From: Octopus bimaculoides
Taxonomy: Eukaryota
Assembly: GCF_001194135.2 (NCBI RefSeq)
Contig: NC_068991.1
Location: 69,954,912 to 70,002,601, forward strand
Length of the DNA: 47,690 bases
Direction: 5' to 3'
The notes beneath the pieces were generated by a model. That model was not told where the DNA came from and did not search any database. It saw nothing but the letters and a program-made list of their open reading frames with translations. Position 1 is the stretch's first letter. The number at the start of each line of letters is the position of its first letter. Below, in pieces: positions 1-13,513 of the stretch. The translations under genes and the position numbers were made by a program.

Positions 1-212
1 ATATATATATATATATATATAATACACTGTACGCGTGTGTGTGTGTCCTCAATGCACGCTCAAACTTCAGGATCGATCTGTACCATACTTGGGGTACATT
101 AATAATTTGACCTTGGTTTACTTCTCTTTTCTTAAAAAATAAATATTGCTCTCTATATAAGGATTTACTCCTTCAGGTCGTTTTCCGAACTTCCTGTCTT
201 TGGCGTTACAAC

Positions 213-682
213 CAGCTATTTACACACACACGGATGTATATATCACTACAGCTGTGACGATTTCTGATAAAAAGGAATTTCTAAAGGTACTTTCATGGCA
301 GAAAAAAATTTCGTACGGGACGCATTTTCCTCACTTAATTAAATGAGGTCCTGTATATTGTACATTGATTTTCCAATACATATCTCGGACCTTTTTAGAA
401 CAAGTCACCTTATTAAGATTTGATAGTTCACATTTAAATCCCATATGATTATTTTTGGTGCAAATCGACTTATTAACACTATCACTTAAATGTTTTGTCA
501 ATGTCCAGATAGTAACTAAGTAATCAGCTATTTACACACACGCACACACACACACACACGCACACACACACACACATACACACACACACACACACGCACA
601 TACACACAGACACACACGCGCATGAATGCATCATTACAGTTGTAACTATTTCAGATAAGAAAGAATCTTAAGTCACTTTCAT
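213..682. repeat. Diverged local duplication around a (CA)n tract (copies about 213-296 and 525-682)
   Basis: Both copies begin CAGCTATTTACACACAC. After the CA tract they continue TATCACTACAGCTGTGACGATTTCTGATAA..ACTTTCAT and CATCATTACAGTTGTAACTATTTCAGATAA..ACTTTCAT. Confidence 0.6.
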
Positions 683-1030
683 CTTTTATATTCTTTTCGG
701 TTTTCTATTTGTGTAAGATATATACCTATATGAGTGTGTGTGAGAAAAAAAAAATCATACAGAGATTTCATTTAATCGATCAGTTGTCAGCAGGGCACAA
801 CTACAGATTTATGCCCCCCGCTCCCCGACTTTTGATGATGATAACTTTCATTTCAGTAGCTACAATAAACTGGTGCTTGTAATTTGCATACTGTGTTAAC
901 AATGTCTTCACTATCATCGGCGATCTCAGTCTACAGTTAAACACGATATTATATAATATATGTAACATACATAGTACCTTTATGAACAGGGCTATTAAGC
1001 CGTTTCTCCATACACTGAACAAGTGATGAA

Positions 1031-1081
1031 CAAACATAATCGATTTTTCGAATCTTATTGGATTCTCATCAGAGACGTCTG
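1031..1081 (-). ncRNA. Partly decayed minimal type-I hammerhead ribozyme motif
   Basis: Minus strand: CAGACG-TCT-CTGATGA-GAATC-CAATAA-GATTC-GAAA-AATCGATT-A-TGTTTG. The core and 5-bp stem II are perfect and stem III is palindromic with one extra A. Stem I (6 bp, 2 GU) is displaced by 3 nt. Confidence 0.55.
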
Positions 1082-1394
1082 CATGAAATTCACCAATCTG
1101 AGAGAATATAGCCGCCAGTCATTTTATAACATCAATAATTTCATTCAATATCTACAAGTAGACATGTACTGGAAATATTTCATATGCTCATTTCGAACTG
1201 CACTAATTTTGGTTTGTCATGATAACATCATGTTAACATATATTTTCGGAAAATTTAATATTAGTATTGTTGATATATGGATGTAGTACTGGACAACACG
1301 CAAATCATATTCTTGTTTGCAACGCATTAATTTTTCTTTAACAAATATTAAATTATGACGTAAGAACTTATTTAGTTTAAGTCAATAATTCTAT

Positions 1395-2073
1395 TCGTAG
1401 CAGCTACTAACACATCGAGATTTTTATATAGTTTCCTTTATGTCATTCATGTAATTACAAATATGTGTGTATGTATGTGTGTGTATTCTTTCACACATAT
1501 TGCTTATTACATTGTTATGTAAATCTATTTTTCATAAGCAAACATGGTTAATAATACATGGTTAAAATGCAGTGGAGAAGGCTAAACACTGGATTTGATT
1601 AAAAAGAGACGATGAACGATGGCTAAAGAAATATTGAGCTTTGTTTTTAATAACCAGTTGATCTACCAAGCGGGGCCTCATATCAGTGAGGGGGGGGCCG
1701 ATACGTATAGATGCTGTCGCGAGGTAGGCCCCGAAACGGCGCGCATTCTCTCTTGATAACCCCATACACTTGCTGGCTTCCGCTATGCGGAGTTCTTTAC
1801 TGGTAGCACTTGCATGTGCGAGTTGTTTGCAAGACATTCTATTCGGAAACTTATGACTCAATAATATTTTTAAGATCTCAATATTTCAAAAACCTCAATG
1901 TTGTTCGTAACAGCTACTAACACATCGCGATTTTTATATAGTTTCCCTTATGTCATTCATGCAATTACAGATATGTGTGTATATATGTATGTGTGTGTGT
2001 GTATTCTTTCACACATATTGCTTATTACATTATTATGTAAAACAATTTTTCATAAGCAAACATGGTTAATAAT
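1395..2073. repeat. About 160-bp direct repeat with 510-bp period (1395-1555 / 1905-2073)
   Basis: CAGCTACTAACACATCG...CATAAGCAAACATGGTTAATAAT occurs at 1401 and 1911 at high identity. Weaker similarity extends about 120 bp upstream of each copy. Confidence 0.85.
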
Positions 2074-2142
2074 TGTCAGAATACCAATCCTTTACTAAAT
2101 TGTGCATTAAAGATTTCTAGTCTTCTGCTCATTTAACTTATG

Positions 2143-2173
<31 letters not shown>

Positions 2174-2605
2174 GTGAATTTAATTTTCTCAGAACGTTTA
2201 GTTTTAAAAGACGAGAAGTATCCTATAGATTGGCCTTAGAATTCACGCTACGGTTTTATTGAATCTACTTTGGCATATAACTACTACAGTTTGTTCTCTT
2301 TTTTTAGTTTCAATCGCCATGTGTAGCATTCGCAAGATGACAATTGCCAGCATATGTTGCTAATATTCTCATTATCTACAAACGTGTGACTATGATTTCT
2401 TAAAGTTAATTAATTACTTTGAAGGAAATACTATTACTGTGAAATATTCGAAAAATTGTATTGTGCTCTATATTTTTTTCATTTCTTTTTTACTTTTAAT
2501 ATTTAAAAGAAAATTTCCACTAACGTAATCTCCATTGATACATGTTCTAATATTTCAAAAACTGAAGATTATAATTTCCGTTGTTGCTTTACCATTTCTA
2601 CATTT

Positions 2606-2680
2606 ATTTATTTATTTATTTATTTAATTAAAAATTTATTTATTTATTTATTTAATTACAAATTTATTTATTTATTTATT
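2606..2680. repeat. (ATTT)n microsatellite
   Basis: Direct reading. Confidence 0.9.
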
Positions 2681-3045
2681 TTTCGAAATTGCAAATTAAA
2701 TACGATCTCTCGTTATGTCTATATGTTTCCGGCATGTCTCAACTCAGGATTTTTTCCGGTAGTTTTTCTAATTATCAGTTTGTTTTCTGTGCAGATTTTG
2801 TTGTCAATATATAATATTACCAAATTATAATTCTTCAAAATTTATATTTCATATGTCAAATTGTTTAAAAACAAATAATTGAAAAATCTTCAGAATTTGA
2901 AAAGCTTTTCTTCTACATTGTTCAAACGCACAAGTGTATGTATATATGTACGTACGTATATATATGTACGCATTGATGCATGCATTTATTTATCTATATA
3001 TCTATCTATCTCTATATTTATATAGATATTCATATCTATTTATGA

Positions 3046-3093
<48 letters not shown>

Positions 3094-3499
3094 GTATATA
3101 CACACACATCAATATTATTTGTGTATATGCATGGATGGATGGATGAGTCGGTGTATGTATGCGCCAAGAGAGTTGAAAATGAAAGTTATAATCGATGCGT
3201 AATCGAGAGAAAAAAGAGTTCATTAACAAATAATGGAAAAAAAAAACATTGTTCACTGTATTACAAAAACAAGAAAAAAAGAATTGTTTAAAATAGATTC
3301 AAACGAAAGAGAAATCAATATTCGGAAATTTAAATTGGAATTAATGTATACAAAAAAACTAGATATTCTTTTTGTAATATTACCATTAATAGTTTTTACC
3401 AGTAAATCTCGGCTATGCAGCTAGGCTTAATTAACAAAACCGCTTTGTGATTAGAATAACCATATATATTTGTATATATATGATTATACATAAATACAC

Positions 3500-3890
3500 T
3501 TTTACTCTTTTAATTGTTTCAGTCATTTGAATGAGGCCATGCTGGAGCACCGCCTTTAGTCGAGCAAATCGACCCCACCACTTATTCTTTGTAAGCCTAG
3601 TACTTATTCTATCGGCCGCTTTGGCCGAACCGCTAAGTTACGGAGACGTAAACACACCAGCATCGGTTGTCAAGCGATGTTGGAGGACAAACAGACACAC
3701 AAACATATACACACACATACATATATACATATACATATATACGACGGGCTTCTTTACCAAATCAACTCACAGGTCTTTGGTCGGCCCGAGGCTATAGCAG
3801 AAGACACTTGCCCAAGGTGCCACGCAGTGGGACTGAACCCGGGACCATGTGGTTGGTAAATAAGCTACTAACCACACAGCCACTCCTACG
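3500..3890 (-). mobile_element. tRNA-derived SINE family A, near full length
   Basis: Minus strand: head GGAGTGGCTGTGTGGTTAG..GGTTCAGTCCC (A/B-box-like), then GGCACCTTGGGCAAGTG, an internal CA/TA tract and an AAAAGAGT tail. Colinear with the copy at 18503-18906. Confidence 0.9.
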
Positions 3891-3911
3891 TATATATATA
3901 TATATGTTTTT

Positions 3912-4383
3912 NNNNNNNNNNNNNNNNNNNNNNNNNNNNNNNNNNNNNNNNNNNNNNNNNNNNNNNNNNNNNNNNNNNNNNNNNNNNNNNNNNNNNNNNN
4001 NNNNNNNNNNNNNNNNNNNNNNNNNNNNNNNNNNNNNNNNNNNNNNNNNNNNNNNNNNNNNNNNNNNNNNNNNNNNNNNNNNNNNNNNNNNNNNNNNNNN
4101 NNNNNNNNNNNNNNNNNNNNNNNNNNNNNNNNNNNNNNNNNNNNNNNNNNNNNNNNNNNNNNNNNNNNNNNNNNNNNNNNNNNNNNNNNNNNNNNNNNNN
4201 NNNNNNNNNNNNNNNNNNNNNNNNNNNNNNNNNNNNNNNNNNNNNNNNNNNNNNNNNNNNNNNNNNNNNNNNNNNNNNNNNNNNNNNNNNNNNNNNNNNN
4301 NNNNNNNNNNNNNNNNNNNNNNNNNNNNNNNNNNNNNNNNNNNNNNNNNNNNNNNNNNNNNNNNNNNNNNNNNNNNNNNNNNN
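3912..4383. other. Assembly gap. Others: 6547-6659, 10800-11732, 13124-13411, 15106-15148, 16599-17049, 21290-21725, 24124-24483, 27998-28457, 31497-31941, 32705-32714, 34199-34292, 36923-36969, 37957-38591
   Basis: N runs; nearly all abut microsatellites or SINEs. Confidence 1.
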
Positions 4384-4442
<59 letters not shown>

Positions 4443-4465
4443 TAGATAGATAGATAGATATTAAC

Positions 4466-4625
4466 TACAGGTATCTTCAAATTTCCGTCTACCAAATTCA
4501 CCGACAAGCCTTTGAGCATCCTAGACAATAGGAGAAGCCATCTGCCTAACGTGGTTGGCAGTGGGACTGAAACTAAAATTATGTTGTTGGGATGCAAGCT
4601 GCTTATCAGCCGACCACACATGCGC
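4466..4625 (-). mobile_element. Old, diverged family-A-like SINE, 5' half
   Basis: TTTCCGTCTACCAAATTCAC and GCAGTGGGACTGAAAC match family A with many substitutions. Confidence 0.7.
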
Positions 4626-4794
4626 TTAATTATACTCAAAACTCTTCTTAGTAAAGCAATTAAAAATACAATCCAAACGGTTTGATTTGAGACGAGAAGC
4701 GAATAGCAAAATATATCAAATATGAAATATTATCTCCAAATACACCAAATAGTTTGTTTGCTCAGCTCAGCCCTCAAAACATATAACGAGATAA

Positions 4795-5112
4795 AACGGG
4801 TATGAATGACAGTGGTATTACACGTAGAATGTTCCCCTCCGAGACACAAGTCCAGCAAAGGTTGTTTATGGACATCGGTAGTTGCCCACGCTTACCAGTT
4901 TCTCCACTCCGTGCCACCGATGTTACCCATGAGAAGGCAAAAAGACGATAAAGCTTGGCACAAATGACGTCACAACTCATTTCTACAGCTGAGTGAACTG
5001 GAGGAACGTAAAATAAAGTAACTTGCTCCCGAGCACAGCACACAAGACGGTCCGGAAATCGAACTCACAACCTCATGATTTGGAGCCCGACGCTCTAACC
5101 ATTGAAGCAAGC
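4795..5112 (-). mobile_element. tRNA-derived SINE family D
   Basis: Minus-strand head CAATGGTTAGAGCGTCGGGCTCC..GAGTTCGATTTCCGG, followed by GAGCAAGTTACTTTATTT and CAGTTCACTCAGCTGTAGAAATGAGTTG. Confidence 0.8.
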
Positions 5113-5444
5113 GGCAAGACATTAATTATACAATTTACAAACTATAATATAACATTATTAGATTCCGCTTCAATTTTATAATCTTTATAATAGCCAGCAT
5201 ACTTCTTTTCCACGTTCTTCTCCATTATTAGGAATCATGTGAGGTTGGATCGTTAATTGCCAAGAAGTAAAGGTGGAAATTTTCTGGATTCATCGTTAGT
5301 CATCAATACCATCAGCACCACAGACCATATTTTCCCCAGTTGAGGCACGGCGGTTTTTTTGGCATGAGCTTTATATATAATGATCATCGTTTACACCGCA
5401 CTCGCTATCAGCACCAACATCGGTACAAAAGTCATCACTATTAT

Positions 5445-5453
5445 ATCCATCAC

Positions 5454-5510
<57 letters not shown>

Positions 5511-5592
5511 TATCATCATCATCATCATCATCGTCATCATCGTCCTTATCGTCGTCGTCGTCATCATCATCATCATCATCATTATTATTATT

Positions 5593-5639
<47 letters not shown>

Positions 5640-5743
5640 TATCATCATCATCGTCATCATCATCATCGTCCTTATCGTCGTCGTCGTCATCATCATCATC
5701 ATCATCATTATCATCATCGTCATCGTTGTTATCGTCTTCGTCG

Positions 5744-5780
<37 letters not shown>

Positions 5781-6403
5781 CATCCTCATCATCATCATCA
5801 TCATGATCGTCATCATTGTTATCGCCTTCGTCGTCATCATCATCATCATCATCATCATCATCGTCATCATCATTTCTTCCTCCTCCGCTTTCCCGCATCA
5901 CCATCACCGTCTTTAAATTGATCATCGTTATCATCATTGTACTCATCGTTGTCGTAGTCGTCGACATCCTCGTCGTCGTATTTGCTGTTAGTATCATCAA
6001 ACCTACCTTCATCATCACTGACACCTCAGCCTCCCTCCCATCGATAATTTCCACGTCATCATAACTTACCATCACAATTCTAATTGTCATCAACCTCTTC
6101 CTTATCAACGTCGTTTTCGTTGTCATCGCTGGAAATATATTTCTTTTGGTGCGTTGACGTCTCGGACAAACATAGACGGGAGAGTCGGAAAACATCGGTA
6201 CGATGATCCTTTTCAACCACCATCAACATTATAAGACGAGGCATCAAAAAACATTATTAAATATCAGCAGAAGGAAAAATACCGTCATTCCCACACCCAG
6301 AAGCAACACAGCCCAGCATCATCGCCTCCATCATTGTCGCTTGTGTCGACATCTTTAAAATCAACGACATCATCGTCATTATAATCATCATCACCATCTT
6401 CAC

Positions 6404-6438
<35 letters not shown>

Positions 6439-6680
6439 CCACCACCACCATCATCATCATCAGCATCACCACCACCACCATCATCATCATCAGCATCACC
6501 ACCACCACCATCATCATCATCAGCATCACCACCACCACCATCATCANNNNNNNNNNNNNNNNNNNNNNNNNNNNNNNNNNNNNNNNNNNNNNNNNNNNNN
6601 NNNNNNNNNNNNNNNNNNNNNNNNNNNNNNNNNNNNNNNNNNNNNNNNNNNNNNNNNNNAATCATCATCACCATCTTCAC

Positions 6681-6715
<35 letters not shown>

Positions 6716-6926
6716 CCACCACCACCATCATCATCATCAGCATCACCACCACCATCATCATCATCATCACCACCATCATCATCATCATCATCGTCATCAT
6801 CATCATCGTCATCATCATCATCATCACCATCATCATCTTCACCATCATCATCATCATCATCATCATCATCCCCACCATCATCATCATCATCATCACCATC
6901 ACCATCATCATCATCATCATCACCAT

Positions 6927-6958
<32 letters not shown>

Positions 6959-7038
6959 TCTTCACCATCATCATCGTCATCATCATCATCATCATCTTCA
7001 CCATCATCATCATCGTCATCATCATCATCGTCGTCATC

Positions 7039-7070
<32 letters not shown>

Positions 7071-7150
7071 TACTGTTATCGTCATTCTTATCCTCGTCTC
7101 CATTAATCACTTTCCACATTATCGTCAACATCATTATCATTAACAACAAC
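5445..7150. repeat. Large degenerate (ATC/ACC/GTC)n trinucleotide field with higher-order units
   Basis: Direct reading. It produces the poly-H/D/M/I pseudo-ORFs in several frames. Confidence 0.95.
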
Positions 7151-7439
7151 ATCCTCGTGTTTCTTTCCTCTTCCCATCTCTACTCCCGATTGCCTAATCG
7201 ACCCCCTACCCCCACAACCACAACCACAACCACCGCTGCACTTTTCCTCTCCTTATTTCTTTCCTTCCTCCGCCTCATCTGCGTTGGCATCGCTGTTTCT
7301 ACCTGTATCTTTGATGAAAAATTATAGAAACATGAAATATGTCACGTTGACAGTAATATTTCCTGTAACTCTTTTTTCTTATATTAAAATGTAAATACTC
7401 TGAACTCCATACGCTATGCACACATACACCAACACGAAC

Positions 7440-7657
7440 ACATATACACCCACGCTCACACTCATACACACACTCACATACACAACACATATCTATATAT
7501 GTATGTATGAACGCATGTATATATGTGTGTATATATCCTACCCAATAAATAATATGTATACACGTGCTATAACATAAAATGTACGTATTCAAATGCACAT
7601 TTAAATGCGATGTACATGCCTAACTTTAATTACCATGAATGTGTGAGGGTATACATT

Positions 7658-7693
<36 letters not shown>

Positions 7694-7725
7694 TATACAC
7701 ATACACAATATATATATATATATAA

Positions 7726-7757
<32 letters not shown>

Positions 7758-7920
7758 GTACAAATTTGTGTGCCCATAATGTAACTCTCACACACACACA
7801 CTCTCTCCCTCCCTGTATATATATATATATTAAGATATATATACATATATATACTCATGCACACACTCATCATACACGCATCCATACATACATGCACGCA
7901 TGCATACGTATACACTTTCG

Positions 7921-7997
<77 letters not shown>

Positions 7998-8150
7998 GTA
8001 CATATATACACATATATACATATATATATTCATGTATCTATAATTATATATATATACCCATGCACACACTCATCCATACACGCATTCATACATACATGCA
8101 TATGTACACACTTTCGTACATGCATGCATACATATATATATATCCATGTA

Positions 8151-8213
<63 letters not shown>

Positions 8214-8350
8214 GCATGCATACGAATACACTTGCGCAAATACATACATATATACATATATATATACATATATACATACATGCATGCATACATGCATACA
8301 TACATACATACATACATACATACGTACATAGATACATGCATAGACATATA
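7440..8350. repeat. Compound (TA)n/(CA)n/(ATAC)n field with an internal duplication of about 200 bp
   Basis: CATGCACACACTCATC..CACTTTCGTACAT occurs at about 7856 and about 8059. Confidence 0.9.
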
Positions 8351-8833
8351 CATTTGCGTACAGGAGCTGGTGAAATCTTGTGAGCCCGACTCATTGCCCA
8401 TTAAATTCAAAACACAAATACGCCGAATAAATAAAACATAATAAAGACGGATTCACAAAGCTAAATGCTTATTATATTTATTACATATTACATTAACGTA
8501 TAATGCTGTGAAAATATGAATAAAATCGTATCATTTGATCATATTGAAGTTATTTCTTTATGAATCAACTGTAATACGACATAATAAATCTATAAATTAG
8601 AATAAAAGCAACTCTGTTATCCCATTTGAGTTTTTCAGATTATTTTCCATATTTTTTTCTACAAATGTTTTCGTTGCATTTAATTTTTATTGTTTTGCTT
8701 TATCTTTCTTTATTGAAATTCTGCTGCCTGGACTTCAGAATAAAAATTGCTTCGTATGCATTTGTAAATAATATATAAATATGTCTAAAAAGGCATACGT
8801 AGAACCATCACACGCACGTACGTAAAGTACATG

Positions 8834-8895
<62 letters not shown>

Positions 8896-8992
8896 CATAT
8901 ATATATATATGTATGTATGTATTTATGCATATATATATATGTTTGTACGTGCTTGCATGTATAATGTAAGTTTATGTATGTGGCTTGTGTGT

Positions 8993-9090
8993 GATTGTGT
9001 TTGTGAATATGGACTGGCGTATAATTGGTTTATATCTTGTTTATGTACGTATGTACATATATACGTATATATGTATGTGTGCGTAGGTTT

Positions 9091-9126
<36 letters not shown>

Positions 9127-9152
9127 CGTTCGCTGACGTTGTTCTAATTTCT
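8993..9152. repeat. Paralog of the segment at 14766-15760, lacking its insertions
   Basis: Shared blocks: GTGTTTGT(G/C)AATATG, CTGGCGT..ATTGGTTTATAT..TTTATGTACGTATGTACATATAT, AGGTTT, (TA)n, TTCGCTGACGTT. Confidence 0.7.
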
Positions 9153-9699
9153 TTCTTTCTTTTTCTTTCAGTTTTGTTTTTATTTTTATTTGATCAGTGC
9201 ATATTTGTGATTGATTTCAATGTTATTTAATGACTTCATTTATTACTTATTTATTTATTGTTTCTTTTGATTTCTGTATATTTGCTCTGATAAGATTTTT
9301 TTTTATTTTCTTACTTAATTTTTTTGTTCTTAATAATTTTGTTATATCAATTTTTTTTTTTACTGCTTTTATATTAATTTCTTCTTTCATATTTTTATTC
9401 TTATATTTCTTATTTATTTCTGTATTTAAATATTTCTTGCAGGTCATGTATTTATCTCGTCATATAAAAATCTACAGCCTTTTCTCATTTTGTTGTTATC
9501 TTTTGCCATGTTCCCAACTCCACCACGCCATCTTACGTTCAAACTTCTAACTTGTCATCTGCTGGTTCTTCCCTCACACAAACATACGGATGAAGGTGAC
9601 ACAGACATCGAAGTTTCGTTTGAAAAGCCCAACAATTTTAGCCATTGTTTTATTTTTCATTTTCATTTCTATATGCAGTGCTATGATAATTATCAGGTC

Positions 9700-9800
9700 T
9701 ATTGTTGTTGTTGTTAATATGATTATTATCATCATCATCATCATTATCATCATCATCATCATCATTATTGTTGTTGTTAATATTATTATTATTATTATTT

Positions 9801-9832
<32 letters not shown>

Positions 9833-9869
9833 GATGCTGTTGTTGTTGTTGTTATTATTACTATCATCA

Positions 9870-9904
<35 letters not shown>

Positions 9905-9933
9905 TTATTATTATTATTATTATTATTAGTAGT

Positions 9934-9977
<44 letters not shown>

Positions 9978-9980
9978 ATG
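9700..9980. repeat. Compound (ATC)/(GTT)/(ATT)n microsatellite
   Basis: Direct reading. Confidence 0.95.
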
Positions 9981-10335
9981 GTTGTTTTGTGTTGGGGGTT
10001 GTTTCGTGTATGGGCTGTGTATTTCCTGTCTATTTTAAACGTTCAATGCTGTGATTTTGATGTATTTTACATTCTATTTATTTATCTATTTATTCATTTA
10101 TTTTTGTTGTTCATCTATCTATATACGTACAAATACACACACACACACACACATGCGGTCAGATAAATGCCTACAGATATAGATTCATATATACTCGAGC
10201 TCAAACACACACGAATATAAATATAGTGCCAACGCATACTTGCGTCCATACATTCATAAATACATACGCTACATACACACACCCATAAAGGCAAGCAAAC
10301 AAAACACACACACACACACATGCACACAAACACTT

Positions 10336-10367
<32 letters not shown>

Positions 10368-10709
10368 CTATATATATGTTCGAAATATATATACTATAAC
10401 CACCAAAATTCATTCATTACAACTGGTATTGTTTTTGCTGTTATTGATGAAGTCTTTGTTCTTTTTACACAATATTATTTCTTTTTTAATATTTTATTTA
10501 CTTCTTTCACTTCTCCTACAGATGTTTTGTTTTTCTGCAACTGTCTTTGTTCCTTACTTGTTTATTTCGTGTGGTTGTTTGTTATGTTGGTTGGTTGCTA
10601 AGTTGAACATACCGCCCTTTATTGCATGATAAATATCACTAATTTTATCTTCAATATAGGTTTGATGTTTCATCTGTTTTATGCTTCGAATTTATCTAAT
10701 TATTTTATT

Positions 10710-10745
<36 letters not shown>

Positions 10746-10756
10746 CACACGCACAA

Positions 10757-10787
<31 letters not shown>

Positions 10788-11979
10788 CATATGTATATAN
10801 NNNNNNNNNNNNNNNNNNNNNNNNNNNNNNNNNNNNNNNNNNNNNNNNNNNNNNNNNNNNNNNNNNNNNNNNNNNNNNNNNNNNNNNNNNNNNNNNNNNN
10901 NNNNNNNNNNNNNNNNNNNNNNNNNNNNNNNNNNNNNNNNNNNNNNNNNNNNNNNNNNNNNNNNNNNNNNNNNNNNNNNNNNNNNNNNNNNNNNNNNNNN
11001 NNNNNNNNNNNNNNNNNNNNNNNNNNNNNNNNNNNNNNNNNNNNNNNNNNNNNNNNNNNNNNNNNNNNNNNNNNNNNNNNNNNNNNNNNNNNNNNNNNNN
11101 NNNNNNNNNNNNNNNNNNNNNNNNNNNNNNNNNNNNNNNNNNNNNNNNNNNNNNNNNNNNNNNNNNNNNNNNNNNNNNNNNNNNNNNNNNNNNNNNNNNN
11201 NNNNNNNNNNNNNNNNNNNNNNNNNNNNNNNNNNNNNNNNNNNNNNNNNNNNNNNNNNNNNNNNNNNNNNNNNNNNNNNNNNNNNNNNNNNNNNNNNNNN
11301 NNNNNNNNNNNNNNNNNNNNNNNNNNNNNNNNNNNNNNNNNNNNNNNNNNNNNNNNNNNNNNNNNNNNNNNNNNNNNNNNNNNNNNNNNNNNNNNNNNNN
11401 NNNNNNNNNNNNNNNNNNNNNNNNNNNNNNNNNNNNNNNNNNNNNNNNNNNNNNNNNNNNNNNNNNNNNNNNNNNNNNNNNNNNNNNNNNNNNNNNNNNN
11501 NNNNNNNNNNNNNNNNNNNNNNNNNNNNNNNNNNNNNNNNNNNNNNNNNNNNNNNNNNNNNNNNNNNNNNNNNNNNNNNNNNNNNNNNNNNNNNNNNNNN
11601 NNNNNNNNNNNNNNNNNNNNNNNNNNNNNNNNNNNNNNNNNNNNNNNNNNNNNNNNNNNNNNNNNNNNNNNNNNNNNNNNNNNNNNNNNNNNNNNNNNNN
11701 NNNNNNNNNNNNNNNNNNNNNNNNNNNNNNNNGAGTTCACTCACATCTGAATGCAATTTACAAAATGTTTCTTGAAATCTAAACGGCTTTATCTGCTTTG
11801 CTGTTTTTTATGTGTTTATTTTTATTTCAAGTACGATGCCTTATTTTATATCTTTCAAATGTCTTTTCTTTTTTTTTTTTTTACTTTGTTCATTTTTATT
11901 TTCTGTTTATAGTTTTTAAGCATATGTGCAAATGTGAATTTCAGTAAGTGTCTCTAAAAGATCGCTTAAAAACATCGTG

Positions 11980-12045
<66 letters not shown>

Positions 12046-13061
12046 TGGAATATATAAAGCCGATGGACATATATAAGCACGAAAACAAAACAAACAGCAA
12101 CAGGAAAACATACACGAAAATAAAGCTTCTGAGGAAAAAACTGATGAAAATAGTTTGAAAGTGGGAAGTTAGAAAGAGAGAAGGAGATAAAGTCATGGAG
12201 AGGATGAGACGCTCCAACACAAGGGGAAAAAAAAAAAAGTAATAGTGAGAAAGTGAGAACGGAAGAGACATGGTGGGCAATAATAGAATGAGTCGCTTCC
12301 CTTCAAAGCCATTAGAACAAGTCCTTCATTCCATTCGATGTTGATTGCTTTGACGCTCAGTTGATCCACTCCACAAGGCTGTGAAGATTCAATTTAGATT
12401 TTTATCATTGCTTCTTTTTCCGGAAGTCCATTTGCATGTAGCAATGGACATGTCACAGCCCATTGTTTTCGTAAGCAAGCTTTGACCCTTGGTGCAGTGA
12501 TAGAAAAACTTGATACATGGGTGATAAAATCTGCAATGGCCAACGTTTGTCCGACTCTTATTTTGAATCTTGCACCACATTTCCATTGTGTTCTCAAGCG
12601 AAAACAAGCCAGAAGCATCATAAAACATGGCTGTTACATTTTTTTACGTCTTCATTCAATACAACATTTACTTTCCTTTTTACCTCTTTCTGTATTTTGT
12701 AAATACGCATTTTTTCCCCCTTTTCTACTCTTATTTTTTTCCTTCCTTTTACCTTCAGAATATTTTATTTTTAGTTTTGATGTATCTCTTCTCCATAGAC
12801 ATAATGTTTTTCTGTGTGTTTCGTCTTCATTTTCTACCCTTTCATTTTCTTCTGCTTTACATTTTTTCTTCTAATTCTTCTTTTTGTTAACTCTTTTGCT
12901 TTCACCACTCCTCGTCAGCTTCAGCCACGCTTTCATTTTTTTTCTTATATTCTTTCACTTTTACCCTTCTGTTTTATTAAATGACTTTTCGTTTACGTCA
13001 TATTTCTTACCCGTACATTGCTACGAACTACCACCTCATCCCTTTAGTTCTTTAACACACG

Positions 13062-13123
<62 letters not shown>

Positions 13124-13411
13124 NNNNNNNNNNNNNNNNNNNNNNNNNNNNNNNNNNNNNNNNNNNNNNNNNNNNNNNNNNNNNNNNNNNNNNNNNNNNN
13201 NNNNNNNNNNNNNNNNNNNNNNNNNNNNNNNNNNNNNNNNNNNNNNNNNNNNNNNNNNNNNNNNNNNNNNNNNNNNNNNNNNNNNNNNNNNNNNNNNNNN
13301 NNNNNNNNNNNNNNNNNNNNNNNNNNNNNNNNNNNNNNNNNNNNNNNNNNNNNNNNNNNNNNNNNNNNNNNNNNNNNNNNNNNNNNNNNNNNNNNNNNNN
13401 NNNNNNNNNNN

Positions 13412-13513
<102 letters not shown>

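Noticed and set aside
1660-1750. 8-bp stem followed by GAAAC as an HHR stem II
   Set aside because: The upstream core reads CTACCAA rather than CTGANGA and there is no stem I; kept only as a structured island.
5340-7152. Long poly-His/Asp/Met/Ile ORFs (also 25289-26169 and 30137-31040)
   Set aside because: They are open in several frames on both strands because they translate trinucleotide repeats; no domain or splice support.
12127-12165. CTGATGA..GAAA co-occurrences (also 12895-12920, 23170-23212 and 33625-33665, minus strand)
   Set aside because: No stem I or stem III complementarity; expected by chance in AT-rich DNA.
12290-12630. Complex-looking sequence with overlapping ORFs of about 75 aa (also 20700-21250 and 39720-39960)
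   Set aside because: No recognisable motif or consistent exon boundaries. It may be an old transposon relic; BLASTx would decide.
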